From assembly GCA_018672055.1 (NCBI GenBank), contig JABHGM010000001.1, positions 672,977 to 736,976 on the forward strand: a stretch of DNA of 64,000 nt. Reading direction: 5' to 3'. Below are positions 48,442 through 59,287 of the stretch, piece by piece. The notes below the pieces were generated by a model. The model worked only from the letters and a program-made list of their open reading frames with translations. It was not told the origin of the DNA and ran no database searches. The stretch is from a bacterium. Its GTDB lineage: Bacteria; Patescibacteriota; Patescibacteriia; UBA1558; UBA10009. The position numbers were made by a program, and so were the translations under genes. Within the stretch, counting starts at the first letter, position 1. Every line of letters begins with the position of its first letter.

Positions 48442-49793
48442 AAGTATTTAAAATTAAATTTTTTAAGTAAGGTATATAAACCGTAAAATGATAGCATAAA
48501 ATATACTGGTAATATTGGCATTATAAATCTAGGATTACCTTGTAAGAAAAATACAATCATATTAACACTCAAAACAAATAGTATTAATATATAAGCTAAA
48601 TCTTTTTTTTCTTTAATAACACTATAACTTCCATAAATCATAAATAATATAAATAGTAACCAATCAATTCTCATTAAAGTAATAACTAATACTTTAAATA
48701 ATGTATTACTATCTAAATCACTTTCATGAAATATACTAATCTGTCTTTCGTAATAATACATAGGACTATTTAAATTAATAACTTCTACCAAACCAAACAT
48801 AAAATACTTAAAAGGATTCTCTTTAATAATATTAATACCTTCTTTCTTCATTTCAATATCAATTAAATCGTAATTATAATTATCTTTATCACCTGTACGA
48901 CTTAAAACAAATTCATCTAAAGCATTTTTATTAATATAACTTTTTTCAAATACATATTCTGAATCAATAAATTTTCTAACTAAATATTCACCCGACATAG
49001 CTGATAATACATATTTTTTTACTTCTGATTTATCATATAGATTTTTAACAGCTCTAGTATATACCATATTGCCATCTCTCGAAGCTAATGCAAATCTATC
49101 AAAATTATTATAATTTCTACTTAACCAAGGTACAACAACAATACAAAACATAAGAAAAAATAATACTGATTTTTTCAAATTACCTTGCCAATCAGTTTTA
49201 ATATCTTTGAACAAGATTAATAATGGTACTAAACCAGCCATTAATATAAAAGCGCCTTTAGATAGAATTAATATACCTAGTATTATTCCAAGTAAAGCAT
49301 ATAAATAGTATTTATTCAGAGTTACAGCTTTATAATAAGTAAATAAAAATAGCATTACTAAAAATAAAGCTAAAGTTTCAGAATAAATAAAACTAGTATA
49401 AATATTTAAAATTGGATAAATTGCTATTAAAACTGTAACTATTTTTGCAACTAGCTCATTAAATATTCTTTTAGATAAATAATATGTAATTAAAACTGAA
49501 AAATATAATAATAAAACTTGAATAACCCTAACAACTCCTGGATTAACTCCAAATATTTTGTAAATAACAGACATAAAGAAAGAATAACCTGGTTCTCTCA
49601 TCATAGTTGATTCACCATCTAAATTATAACCTTCTCCATTTGTTAAACTAACAGCAATATTATGATACTGATATGCATCATCAGCTATTTCAAATTTACC
49701 AAAATTATTCCACCAAAAAATTGTACTAACAATTATTAATACTAAAAGTATTATAAAAAAACTATTCTTTTTCAATAAATTAATTAAATTCAT
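48438..49793 (-). CDS. GT-C fold glycosyltransferase (PMT_2/ArnT-like, GT39/GT83-type)
   Basis: Polytopic (451 aa) with a first-loop acidic motif FEIADDAYQYHNIAVSL...GEGY of the DE-motif type used by PMT/ArnT enzymes with polyprenyl-P-sugar donors. Confidence 0.55.
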   Translation of the reverse strand: MNLINLLKKNSFFIILLVLIIVSTIFWWNNFGKFEIADDAYQYHNIAVSLTNGEGYNLDGESTMMREPGYSFFMSVIYKIFGVNPGVVRVIQVLLLYFSVLITYYLSKRIFNELVAKIVTVLIAIYPILNIYTSFIYSETLALFLVMLFLFTYYKAVTLNKYYLYALLGIILGILILSKGAFILMAGLVPLLILFKDIKTDWQGNLKKSVLFFLMFCIVVVPWLSRNYNNFDRFALASRDGNMVYTRAVKNLYDKSEVKKYVLSAMSGEYLVRKFIDSEYVFEKSYINKNALDEFVLSRTGDKDNYNYDLIDIEMKKEGINIIKENPFKYFMFGLVEVINLNSPMYYYERQISIFHESDLDSNTLFKVLVITLMRIDWLLFILFMIYGSYSVIKEKKDLAYILILFVLSVNMIVFFLQGNPRFIMPILPVYFMLSFYGLYTLLKKFNFKYL

Positions 49794-51385
49794 AAATCAT
49801 TATTATTTTCATAAATTCTAAGTGAACTATTTATTAAACAAGCTTCTTCAGATTCAAGCCAACCTATTTCATTACATATATAATTATAGTAAGGATGTTC
49901 AAATATTTTAATTGGAGTATTCTCTGAAACAAATTTACTCCACTGCTCTAACTGTATAGGTACGTATGATGTCTCCCATGATAAAATAACATACTGAGCC
50001 TTAAAACATTCTTCATCTGTCATCTGACTATTAATAGAATAATCATCTAAATAAAATTTAACATTTTCAGCACCATTTCTGGTACCACAGATTTCTTTAA
50101 TTTCTTTAGATTGAGATTGTAAAAAATTTGCAGCATCATCATATGGATTATCAAAATTACTAAAAGTATATGCTGTTTTAAGACCGAAAAACATAATTAC
50201 TACTAATATTACAGAACCTAAAATAATTCGTATATTTTTAACCTTTATATAATTAATTAAACCAAAAACACCAAAAGAACAAACAATAGCAATAAGTGGT
50301 AACAAAGTAGCTAGGTTATAAGAAATTCTTAGTTTAATTAAGCTATAAACAATGAAAGGAATATAAGTAAGAGCAAAAATAAATGTATAATTATCATTTC
50401 TCCACCACTTTTTAATTATAAATAAAACTAAACTTAGAACAAATAAAGAAACAATAATTATACTGTCATAAACATTCATAAACTTAAAATATTGAAATAT
50501 AGAATCATTAACAGTGTATCTGTCTGCAAAGTCAGGAATAATTGTATAAATATGCTTAATCTCTTCTAAATAAGTAAAATATTTAGCTTGGAAATTCCAT
50601 GATTGAAAAACCCTTAACTTAATATATGTCAAAGTCTGAAATAAAATAATAAATGGTAGAGCATAAGGAATAAGTATTTTTAATCTTTCTTTTAACTTCT
50701 TCTTTCTTAAAGCTTGAACAATTTCAAAAATACCTATTATTCCAAAAAATAAAAATGTGCTGTAATGTACAGTAATTGTAAAACCAAATACTAAAGCTGA
50801 GAGCTTAAGATAACGTTTAGTATTTTTACTTTCGTTCCAAGTATAGAAATAAAAGAGTAAACCTAACATTAAGAAAAAAGCAGCCGTTGTTTGTGATAAG
50901 CCAGTTCTAGCAAAAAACACACTGTAACCAGAAATAGTAAGTAATAAAGAAGCTAGTAAACCAATTTTATGCTTACCAGTTATTTCAAAAGTAACCTTAT
51001 ATACTAAATAGATTGTAATTAATGAAAGAATAGCATTTAAAATTGTTGGAATATAATCCTGAACACCTAAAAATAAAGTTGGAATTGTAATTAATAGAAT
51101 ATAGCCTGGTCTTGCAAATGTATAATCTCTAAAACTACCTGAGAAAAATTCTTTAGCCCCATCTCTAATATTCGAAGTATCAAAACCATTAGCTACAAAA
51201 TTCTTAAAAAACTCAAAAGAATTCCTAAAGCTTTTAGCAATATTTAAAAATGATTCATCATCCCCATTAATTACACCACCCTGAATAATAAGACCATGAA
51301 AACGAAAATATGCAGCTAAAAGCAATATAAGTGCTAAAACTATTCTTATCTTATACTTTATTATGAATTCTTTTATATTTAACAT
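49790..51385 (-). CDS. GT-C fold glycosyltransferase (PMT_2/ArnT-like), second copy
   Basis: 531 aa, polytopic, with first-loop GVINGDDESFLNIAKSF motif; a paralogous arrangement with the upstream gene. Confidence 0.5.
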   Translation of the reverse strand: MLNIKEFIIKYKIRIVLALILLLAAYFRFHGLIIQGGVINGDDESFLNIAKSFRNSFEFFKNFVANGFDTSNIRDGAKEFFSGSFRDYTFARPGYILLITIPTLFLGVQDYIPTILNAILSLITIYLVYKVTFEITGKHKIGLLASLLLTISGYSVFFARTGLSQTTAAFFLMLGLLFYFYTWNESKNTKRYLKLSALVFGFTITVHYSTFLFFGIIGIFEIVQALRKKKLKERLKILIPYALPFIILFQTLTYIKLRVFQSWNFQAKYFTYLEEIKHIYTIIPDFADRYTVNDSIFQYFKFMNVYDSIIIVSLFVLSLVLFIIKKWWRNDNYTFIFALTYIPFIVYSLIKLRISYNLATLLPLIAIVCSFGVFGLINYIKVKNIRIILGSVILVVIMFFGLKTAYTFSNFDNPYDDAANFLQSQSKEIKEICGTRNGAENVKFYLDDYSINSQMTDEECFKAQYVILSWETSYVPIQLEQWSKFVSENTPIKIFEHPYYNYICNEIGWLESEEACLINSSLRIYENNNDL

Positions 51386-51393
51386 AAATATTA

Positions 51394-52857
51394 TTACCTA
51401 ATTAAATTTCTTGTTTCCTGACCTTTTGTTAGATGTGCATAGAAATAATAACCAGCATCATCAAATGATTTATACTTTATAGAATCTTTTATTGCGCCAT
51501 AAACAGCATCAATATTTTTTAAAGCAAATATTGAAAGATTAAATAAAAATTTTGGATTTTTAAAGAAGAACATAATATTATTCCATCTAACCTGTTTTAA
51601 AAATTTATTCCTATAAACTTCTAAAGTATGATGATCTAAATTAACTCTCCAAATCTTATTAGCTCTGACATACCATTTAGACATATCATTCTCAATAATC
51701 CTATCCTCTTTAATTGCTTGTTCATAAAGTTCTGAAGCTGGATAAGGTGTAGCAAAGTAAGCTGTTGAAAAATCAATATCAAGATCAGCAACTAAATTAA
51801 TAGTATCCATTAAATTTTCAATCTTGTCATCAGGAAATCCAAAAATAAATGAAGCCTGAGCTCTTAAACCAATTTTTTTTGTTAATCTAAGAGCATCTTT
51901 AATCTTATTTATATCAACATTCTTTTTAATTGCTTTTAAAACTGGTACTGAACCACTTTCAACTCCATATTCTACTTGAACACAACCAGCTCTTTTAACA
52001 GCTCTTAAGATTCTTTCATTAACTGTATCTACCCTGCCGTAACATGAAAATTTAATATTAAATTTCTTAGCAATGAATTTATCACTAAACTCTTCTATCC
52101 ATTCTGTATTCATTAAAAATGTATCATCCATAAAGTATAAGCTATCAATATTATGCTCCTTAATCATGAATTCAATTTCACTAATAACACTATCAACTGT
52201 TCTCCTTCTATACATTTTATTATATAAATAATTAACTCCACAATAAGTACATCTTCCAGGACAACCTCTACTGGTTGATAAATTAGCTGATCTTTCTGTC
52301 CAAACACCACGAATTAGACCTGGTGGTTGTAAATATGTATCATAATTAACAAGCTCTCTAGCTGGGAAAGGCATTTCATCTAAATCAGGAATAAGCTCTC
52401 TTGGTAAATTAATTGAAATTTGATCACCGTTTCTATATATTAAACCTCTAATATCTGACATATCAGTTTTTTTAGAATCAATTGCATTACAAAGCTCATT
52501 CATAGTAATCTCACCTTCACCATATACAATATAATCAATATTATTTTCTTCTAAAAACTTTTGCTTAAAATATGATGGATGAATTCCACCAGCAACAATT
52601 GGAAGATCTGGTCTATCATTTTTAAGCTTTTTAAAAATCTTTTGAGCAAAACGAAGTTGTGGTGTTGTTATACTAACACCAATAATATCAGCTTCTTGAA
52701 CTTTAGGATGATCAAGTAAATCAAAATCATTATCTTTAATATCTAAAAAGGTTACATTATGTCCCTGACTCTTAATATATGAAGCTACATAACCAAGTCC
52801 GAGTGGGAAAAAATTTAAATTTATATCTCTAGGATAAATTAAGCAAACGTTTGCCAT
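51394..52857 (-). CDS. B12-binding domain radical SAM enzyme (class B rSAM), second copy
   Basis: ANVCLIYPR...FPLGLGYVASYI B12-like domain plus TSRGCPGRCTYC cluster; a paralog of the 46304 gene. Confidence 0.75.
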   Translation of the reverse strand: MANVCLIYPRDINLNFFPLGLGYVASYIKSQGHNVTFLDIKDNDFDLLDHPKVQEADIIGVSITTPQLRFAQKIFKKLKNDRPDLPIVAGGIHPSYFKQKFLEENNIDYIVYGEGEITMNELCNAIDSKKTDMSDIRGLIYRNGDQISINLPRELIPDLDEMPFPARELVNYDTYLQPPGLIRGVWTERSANLSTSRGCPGRCTYCGVNYLYNKMYRRRTVDSVISEIEFMIKEHNIDSLYFMDDTFLMNTEWIEEFSDKFIAKKFNIKFSCYGRVDTVNERILRAVKRAGCVQVEYGVESGSVPVLKAIKKNVDINKIKDALRLTKKIGLRAQASFIFGFPDDKIENLMDTINLVADLDIDFSTAYFATPYPASELYEQAIKEDRIIENDMSKWYVRANKIWRVNLDHHTLEVYRNKFLKQVRWNNIMFFFKNPKFLFNLSIFALKNIDAVYGAIKDSIKYKSFDDAGYYFYAHLTKGQETRNLIR

Positions 52858-52878
52858 AATATTTTAGTAAGTTAATTT

Positions 52879-53541
52879 TTATTTTTTTAATAATATATTA
52901 AAATACAAGCCAAAACTCTTTGGTAAAAACTTAGGCATTGTATTTATTTTTTCTAATTCAAATTCTTTACTTGCAAACTTTAAAAATTCTTTATAATTAG
53001 TAACGTGATGATCATTTATTTCATTAAAACCTATTGTTACAAATAATTTCTCCATAAATTTATCTACTCTTGGCATACCAACTAATAATTCACCACCTGG
53101 TTTTAATATTCGATGCAATTCTTTTAAAATTTGATCAGGTTCTTTAATATGTTCAAATACAGAAAAAGCTACAATTAAATTAAAACTATTTGATTCTAAA
53201 TTAAGTGTAGTAATATCTTCTTGATACAGTTGAGCATTAATATTTAATTTATCTAAACTTTCTTTAACTAGCTTAGTATCTGCATCTAAATCAACAGCAG
53301 TTAAATTATTTGAAATTGAATTAAGCGTTGGTAATAAAAGTCCAGAACCAGAACCAAACTCTAATATTGAATCATATTCTTTATTCAATAAATCCAAACC
53401 CATTTGAATACGCTTAACATATAATTTACCAACAAGTGGTCTATAATAATAATCTAATGGATCACTAGGCCCATTAACTTTAAAAATTCCTGATTTTGGT
53501 AATATAAATTTTATTTTTGACATACAAACATTATTTTCCAA
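52879..53541 (-). CDS. Class I SAM-dependent methyltransferase
   Basis: ILEFGSGSGLLLPTL motif I; 220 aa. Confidence 0.7.
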   Translation of the reverse strand: MENNVCMSKIKFILPKSGIFKVNGPSDPLDYYYRPLVGKLYVKRIQMGLDLLNKEYDSILEFGSGSGLLLPTLNSISNNLTAVDLDADTKLVKESLDKLNINAQLYQEDITTLNLESNSFNLIVAFSVFEHIKEPDQILKELHRILKPGGELLVGMPRVDKFMEKLFVTIGFNEINDHHVTNYKEFLKFASKEFELEKINTMPKFLPKSFGLYFNILLKK

Positions 53542-54275
53542 TGCTTATCAGTAGCTACTTCATTCAAATTAAAATTTTCATAACATTCAAACTTAGTAAA
53601 GCCAGCTAAACCTAAAGCGTCTTTTATTTGATTAGGTGTCCAAAGATACTGATCTAAATCGTATTTATCTTCTATTACTTCCCCATTTTCTTTAGTTACT
53701 CGTAAATTATATCTAAGAGTAGTTTTTTGATTAATAAAATCAGTATTACTTTCTAACTTACAATTAATTTCTTCATTATTATTTTTAACTGAATATTCTT
53801 TACCCTTAGGTGGATCTAATAAAGCTGCAGAGCCATTCCAACAATCAAATATATATACAGAATCATCACTTAATGAATTATATATAGCATTAAAAAAACT
53901 AACTAACTCATTAAACTTAGGAATATATGTAACAACATTAAATAAGCTAAAACAAATATCAAAATCTTTTAAATCTAAATCTTGTATTCGTTTATCATAT
54001 ATTTCTACATTAGATATATTATTTTCTTTTATTTTCTCCCTACATCTAGTTATCATTTCTTGATCTACATCTATTGAAGTAATTGGAATATTTAATTTAG
54101 CTAGTTCTAAAGTATGACTACCAGTACCACAACCTATCTCTAATATATTTTTAGGTTCATGATTTAAATACTTCTTAGCAATTTCAAGAGACTTAAATAC
54201 TTCTTCTTCGTAATCTTTTGAAGTAAATAATATATCGTAATACTTGTAGAATAAATTACTCATAATACTTTTCAA
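53511..54275 (-). CDS. Class I SAM-dependent methyltransferase
   Basis: ILEIGCGTGSHTLELA motif I; 254 aa. Confidence 0.7.
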   Translation of the reverse strand: MKSIMSNLFYKYYDILFTSKDYEEEVFKSLEIAKKYLNHEPKNILEIGCGTGSHTLELAKLNIPITSIDVDQEMITRCREKIKENNISNVEIYDKRIQDLDLKDFDICFSLFNVVTYIPKFNELVSFFNAIYNSLSDDSVYIFDCWNGSAALLDPPKGKEYSVKNNNEEINCKLESNTDFINQKTTLRYNLRVTKENGEVIEDKYDLDQYLWTPNQIKDALGLAGFTKFECYENFNLNEVATDKHWKIMFVCQK

Positions 54276-55362
54276 TTACAGTACATACATAATCTAATTC
54301 TTCTTCACTAAGCGTTGGGAAAGATGGCAAACATATTCCATACTCATAGCCATATATAGAATTAGGATAATTTTTACTATCCAAAGTTTCTGGAATAATA
54401 TCTTTTAAATACTTAAAACATGGTTGCTTGTGAAGTGGATAGAAAAATGTTCTTACTTCAACTTCATTTTCTGACATATATTTCATTAACTTTTCAGCTT
54501 CTTCAACTAAAATTCCAACCCTAAATGGAATCCAATCAGCACCATCAAATGGTTTAAAGAAATTAATTTCTTTTATCTTACTTAACCTATTAAAGTAATA
54601 ATCTTTTATCTTATTCTTTCTTTCAATTATTTGATCTAACTTTCCTAGCTGAACAAGTCCTACAGCAGCTTGTAAATCAGTCATTCTAAAATTATAACCT
54701 ATTTCTGGATGTATAAATGAACCTCTTTCAATACGACCCTGATTTCTTAAATATAATAACTTCTCATACTTTTTCTTATCATTAGTAACTACTAAACCAC
54801 CTTCTGCTGTAGTAATGGTTTTATCAGCAAAAAATGAAAATATACTAACATCACCATAAGTACCAGCATGCTTATCTTTGTAATGGACACCAATAGCTTG
54901 AGCAGCATCTTCAACAACACTCAAATTGTGTTTTTTAGCAAATTCCATTACTTCATCCATTTTAGCCATAGTGCCATAAATATGGACAGGCATAATAGCT
55001 TTAGTCTTAGGATTAATAAATTTCTCAGCACTATCTAAATCAAGCTGAAAATTCTCTTTATTTACATCAATAAATACTGGTACTCCACCAGCCATTTCAA
55101 CTGCTGATGCTGAACCTAAAAATGTAAAATCAGGAACTAATACTTGATCTCCTGGTTTTAAATCAATTGCTCTTAAAGCTAAATAAATTGCTAAAGTACC
55201 ATTAGGAGCTAACACGCCATACTTAGCACCAGTTAAATCTAATAACTGCTTTACAAATTCTTTTGACTTAGGTCCTTCAGTAATCCAGTTTTCTGTAAAA
55301 CATCCTTCAATCTCTTTATATTCTTCTTCTCCAACCCATGGTTTAAATTGATTTACTTTCAT
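54256..55362 (-). CDS. DegT/DnrJ/EryC1/StrS-family sugar aminotransferase (second copy)
   Basis: ...GVLAPNGTLAIYLALRAIDL...; PLP-Lys region FSFFADKTITTAEGG. Confidence 0.8.
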   Translation of the reverse strand: MKVNQFKPWVGEEEYKEIEGCFTENWITEGPKSKEFVKQLLDLTGAKYGVLAPNGTLAIYLALRAIDLKPGDQVLVPDFTFLGSASAVEMAGGVPVFIDVNKENFQLDLDSAEKFINPKTKAIMPVHIYGTMAKMDEVMEFAKKHNLSVVEDAAQAIGVHYKDKHAGTYGDVSIFSFFADKTITTAEGGLVVTNDKKKYEKLLYLRNQGRIERGSFIHPEIGYNFRMTDLQAAVGLVQLGKLDQIIERKNKIKDYYFNRLSKIKEINFFKPFDGADWIPFRVGILVEEAEKLMKYMSENEVEVRTFFYPLHKQPCFKYLKDIIPETLDSKNYPNSIYGYEYGICLPSFPTLSEEELDYVCTVIEKYYE

Positions 55363-55363
55363 A

Positions 55364-56680
55364 TTATTTTTTATTATAGTTTTTTAAATGTCTAAAAATA
55401 AAGTTACCTTTTAAAACAAATATGAATAACTTAATACCATGTTTAAATACATGTGTTTTAGTTTCACCATATTCTCGTGGGTAATATTTCATAGGTATTT
55501 CACCTAATTTTAAATTAAATCTAGCTGCACCATATAATAGCTCAAAATCACCAAATGGATCATGTAAATTAAGTGATCCCCAATTATTATATATATCCTG
55601 ATAACTTTCTTTGGAAATAGCTTTAATACCACTTAAAACATCAGTCATATAACTCTTTAAGAACCAAGAAAACCAATTAGCAAATACCATATTACCTAGC
55701 TTATTAACTAAAGGCATAGATTTAAGAGATAATGGATATACAAAACGACTTCCTTCAATAAATTCTAAACGTCCACTAGCAATAGCATCATAGAAATATT
55801 TAATATCATCTGGTTCAGAAGTTCCATCACCTTCATATAATATAATTACATCACCACTTGCATCTTTAAAGCCAACTCGTATAGCATCACCTTGACCAAT
55901 ACCAGGCTGACCTATTACTCTAATATTCTTATCAGAATACACATCTTTAACTCTATGTATCTCTTCTAAAGTATTATCCGTTGAATGACCTTCTACAAAT
56001 AATATTTCTTGATTTTGACATACCTTAGGTAATGCTTTAACAATAGGTTCAATATTTTCTTTTTCATCTCTTACTGTAATACAAATAGTTAAACTTTTTT
56101 CTTCAGACTCATCCTTTACAAGCAATCTAGCAACTATAAATTGATTAATTTTAAATATATCAAATAATGGAATAATAATAGATATTAAATTAATAATATT
56201 ACCAAAGAATAATATATTAGTAGGCCATAATGTTTTTTTATAAGTCCTGATAGTTTCATAACCAAAAGATTTTAAATATGTATTAGTATCATGTACTGAT
56301 AACCAATTATGATTTAATTCTTTATTTTTTATCCTAAATAGACTACCTAGCTTTAAAAATGGCATCCATAGATAATTATGCTGATAAATTATTACTCGAG
56401 TACTTGAAGTGATACCTGATTTAATATTTCTAAGTACATCACAAATATTTTCACTAATACCTAGTACTGAAAATATAATAATATAATCATATTTTTTATC
56501 TGGTACAAATGTATCAATATCTTTATTTACTATATCTAAACTCTTAGGCCTAGCATTTTTTAAAAAATCATAATTATATTCACCAATAAAAAGTATATTC
56601 TTACCTTCAGGTATTAAAAAACTTAAAGCACTTATTGCCTGATGCCAAAAATATTTATGCCATTTATATTTCTTATACAT
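55364..56680 (-). CDS. Two-domain protein: N-terminal unknown (~190 aa) + C-terminal GT2 glycosyltransferase
   Basis: C-terminal half LTICITVRDEKENIEPIVKAL...FVEGHSTDNT...ILYEGDGTSEPDD is Dpm1/GtrB-like GT2. Confidence 0.65.
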   Translation of the reverse strand: MYKKYKWHKYFWHQAISALSFLIPEGKNILFIGEYNYDFLKNARPKSLDIVNKDIDTFVPDKKYDYIIIFSVLGISENICDVLRNIKSGITSSTRVIIYQHNYLWMPFLKLGSLFRIKNKELNHNWLSVHDTNTYLKSFGYETIRTYKKTLWPTNILFFGNIINLISIIIPLFDIFKINQFIVARLLVKDESEEKSLTICITVRDEKENIEPIVKALPKVCQNQEILFVEGHSTDNTLEEIHRVKDVYSDKNIRVIGQPGIGQGDAIRVGFKDASGDVIILYEGDGTSEPDDIKYFYDAIASGRLEFIEGSRFVYPLSLKSMPLVNKLGNMVFANWFSWFLKSYMTDVLSGIKAISKESYQDIYNNWGSLNLHDPFGDFELLYGAARFNLKLGEIPMKYYPREYGETKTHVFKHGIKLFIFVLKGNFIFRHLKNYNKK

Positions 56681-56691
56681 ATTATTTTATT

Positions 56692-57807
56692 TTAAACATG
56701 AATAATATCTAATATTTTTTTTACTCTATTTTCCCAAGTAAACTTCTTAACAAATTCATAACCATTTTCAATCTCTTTATCATTATTTTTAATTAATATA
56801 TTATTTATTTTATTTACTAAATCTTCTACATTATCAACTTCATAAAAAGTTACTTCCTTATTAGTTACTATATTTGTCATACTCTCAACTTCAGGAGCTA
56901 AAACCGGAACCTTAGAAGCTAAATATTCAAATAATTTTATAGGTGAAGTATATTTAATTGATTCTTTACTATTTTTATTTGCAGTTATAATTAAAATATC
57001 TGCTGACTTTAAATATTTAGCAACCATGTCTCTCTTTTTAGTATTTACAAGCTTAATATTTGATAAATTATTTATTATTTCTTTATCTAATAAATCAGTA
57101 CCACCAGCTAATACCAATTCAATATTATTATCTAATTTTTCAGCTGCTTTTAATAATATGTCAGTTCCTTTCCAGGTATAGTAATGACCTAAATACATTA
57201 CAATTTTCTTATCATTAGATAAATCTAATTCATCTCTTAATTCATTTTTAGTCTTTTGAATCGAGTCAAAATCATTTAATTCAACACCATTAGGACAACT
57301 ATGTACATTAGTAAAGTTATTTTCTAAAAATTCATCTTTAGTACCTATTGAATTAGTAATTATTAAATCAGCTTTTTTACTTAACTTAAAAAATAATTTT
57401 TGATTACTTTCTGGTATAAAATGACATTCAAATATAGTCCTATAACCTATCTTAGCAAAGTACCAAGCTATTAAAACTTCTCTAGTATATATAGTTAATT
57501 CTCTTGAATTGAATAGATATCTAAATGATAATGATATAAGGAAAGTAACCTGCTTAACTAGATATGTAAATTTTGGAAATATCTTATTTAAAAATTTTAA
57601 ATCAATTACTAAATACTTTTTAATATCAAAATTCTTACTAACACCATAATAACTAAATGTTTCTTCTTTAATACAATTTCTAAAATTAGGTATTACTAAT
57701 TCAATATCAACTCCCATCTTTGAAAATTTTTCACAAGTTCTAATTATTTGATAACCTCTAGCTTTTTCAGTAGGTATTCTAGAATTAGTTATATACTCAA
57801 TCTTCAT
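56692..57807 (-). CDS. Family 4 glycosyltransferase
   Basis: GT-B architecture with ...KLFEYLASKVPVLAPEV C-terminal motif. Confidence 0.65.
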   Translation of the reverse strand: MKIEYITNSRIPTEKARGYQIIRTCEKFSKMGVDIELVIPNFRNCIKEETFSYYGVSKNFDIKKYLVIDLKFLNKIFPKFTYLVKQVTFLISLSFRYLFNSRELTIYTREVLIAWYFAKIGYRTIFECHFIPESNQKLFFKLSKKADLIITNSIGTKDEFLENNFTNVHSCPNGVELNDFDSIQKTKNELRDELDLSNDKKIVMYLGHYYTWKGTDILLKAAEKLDNNIELVLAGGTDLLDKEIINNLSNIKLVNTKKRDMVAKYLKSADILIITANKNSKESIKYTSPIKLFEYLASKVPVLAPEVESMTNIVTNKEVTFYEVDNVEDLVNKINNILIKNNDKEIENGYEFVKKFTWENRVKKILDIIHV

Positions 57808-58424
57808 ATATCTAGATTATTAGTTATTTCTAAAAACACTTCATCAATATCTCTATTTGCATCAACTATTTTTACTTTACAAGGCAAGCTAGGAAATAGC
57901 TTTTTAAAAGTTACAAAATTAGTACGAACTACTTCTTTCCATTTTTTTAAATACTCAGCAGTTAAAAATGGTCTAGTAAAATGCCCACGCTTTTCAATTC
58001 TAGAATCTAACACATCATAAGGTGCTTCAAAAAATATTAGTAAGTCAGGAAATAATAAATATTTAGAATATTTTTTAATTTCTTCCTCTGTTACTTCTCG
58101 TTCAAATATAGATCCAACACTCTGCATAAAACCTTGATCTAATAAAGCTAAATCATATTTTGTAGCTTTTTCAAACTTCGCATTAGTATTTAAAAATACA
58201 TTCATGAATTTAAAATAGAACATTTTAAAAGAAACTGAGTTTCTAAATACATATATTAAACGTACAATGAATTTAATAGGATGCTTAATAAGAAATAACA
58301 AGTTATACCAAATAAGTTCATACTTATTATCAATTCTAATTCTTTGTATATTCTTTTCACCTACTAATCTTCTAGCAATTGTAGATTTACCAGTTCCTGG
58401 TAAACCAGAAAATTCAATAATCAT
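57804..58424 (-). CDS. P-loop NTPase of unknown function (kinase/sulfotransferase-like?)
   Basis: Walker A FSGLPGTGKSTIARRL at residues 5-20; 206 aa; no further family motif recognised. Confidence 0.45.
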   Translation of the reverse strand: MIIEFSGLPGTGKSTIARRLVGEKNIQRIRIDNKYELIWYNLLFLIKHPIKFIVRLIYVFRNSVSFKMFYFKFMNVFLNTNAKFEKATKYDLALLDQGFMQSVGSIFEREVTEEEIKKYSKYLLFPDLLIFFEAPYDVLDSRIEKRGHFTRPFLTAEYLKKWKEVVRTNFVTFKKLFPSLPCKVKIVDANRDIDEVFLEITNNLDI

Positions 58425-59182
58425 TACTTTTTAAATTTAATAGCGTAAGACTCTGATAAAAAACCACTTAATTTATTCAAAGGGAGTCTATATAATATAA
58501 AGTGGACTAGCCTATTTATTATATTTGATTTAAATACAGGTACAGAAATAGTAACAGGATATTCTGTTACTTCTCTAAAACCTACTTCTTTAAATATACA
58601 TTTTAATCTACATGCTTTAACTTGACCTTGATGCATTCTAGAATTCTTTCTTTTAAGAAGCTTATTAATAAAATCCTTAGGAGTTTTAGTAATTAAATAC
58701 CCCTCACCATTATTATTCAACATATCAAATATTTTCTTTACTGCTTCTTGCTTGTCTGGAATATATTCTAAAACTCTTGAGGAAAAGAAAACATCATACT
58801 TTTTATTTGGTATATAATCTAAAAAATTAGAAACAGTATAATCTATATCATTAAAATCTTTTAAATTATTCTTAGCTTGCTCTAACATATTTTCTGAGAC
58901 ATCAACAAGCTTCAAACTATCAAATTCACTATTCTCATGCATTACACGAGTCCAAGTTCCAGCACCAGGACCTAGTTCAAAATAGCTTCCTTTAAACTTT
59001 TTACCATTTAAAAAATGACCTTTAATTGCTTTAAGAGTCATTATATAGCCTGTTTTTGCAGGGCTAGATTTAAACCAACGATGATATTCGTAGTTTTCCA
59101 CATACTTATTTTTGGCTAAGTTATCGTATTTTTTTTGTATTTGTTGTGTATCCATATAGTCAAAATATTGAATATTATACAA
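58424..59182 (-). CDS. Class I SAM-dependent methyltransferase
   Basis: YFELGPGAGTWTRVM motif I; 252 aa. Confidence 0.7.
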   Translation of the reverse strand: MYNIQYFDYMDTQQIQKKYDNLAKNKYVENYEYHRWFKSSPAKTGYIMTLKAIKGHFLNGKKFKGSYFELGPGAGTWTRVMHENSEFDSLKLVDVSENMLEQAKNNLKDFNDIDYTVSNFLDYIPNKKYDVFFSSRVLEYIPDKQEAVKKIFDMLNNNGEGYLITKTPKDFINKLLKRKNSRMHQGQVKACRLKCIFKEVGFREVTEYPVTISVPVFKSNIINRLVHFILYRLPLNKLSGFLSESYAIKFKK

Positions 59183-59287
59183 TATTTTAGATAATTTATC
59201 AAATTATTTTTATATTTTATCCCCATTTATTATACATTGACTTTTAATTATATATAATTATAATACATTATGTAATATATTAAACAT

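Noticed and set aside
57804-58424. Calling the 206-aa P-loop protein APS kinase (cysC).
   Set aside because: Only the Walker A motif matches. The LDGDN/R..L and downstream APS-kinase motifs are absent. It is kept as an unknown P-loop NTPase and flagged as a candidate only.
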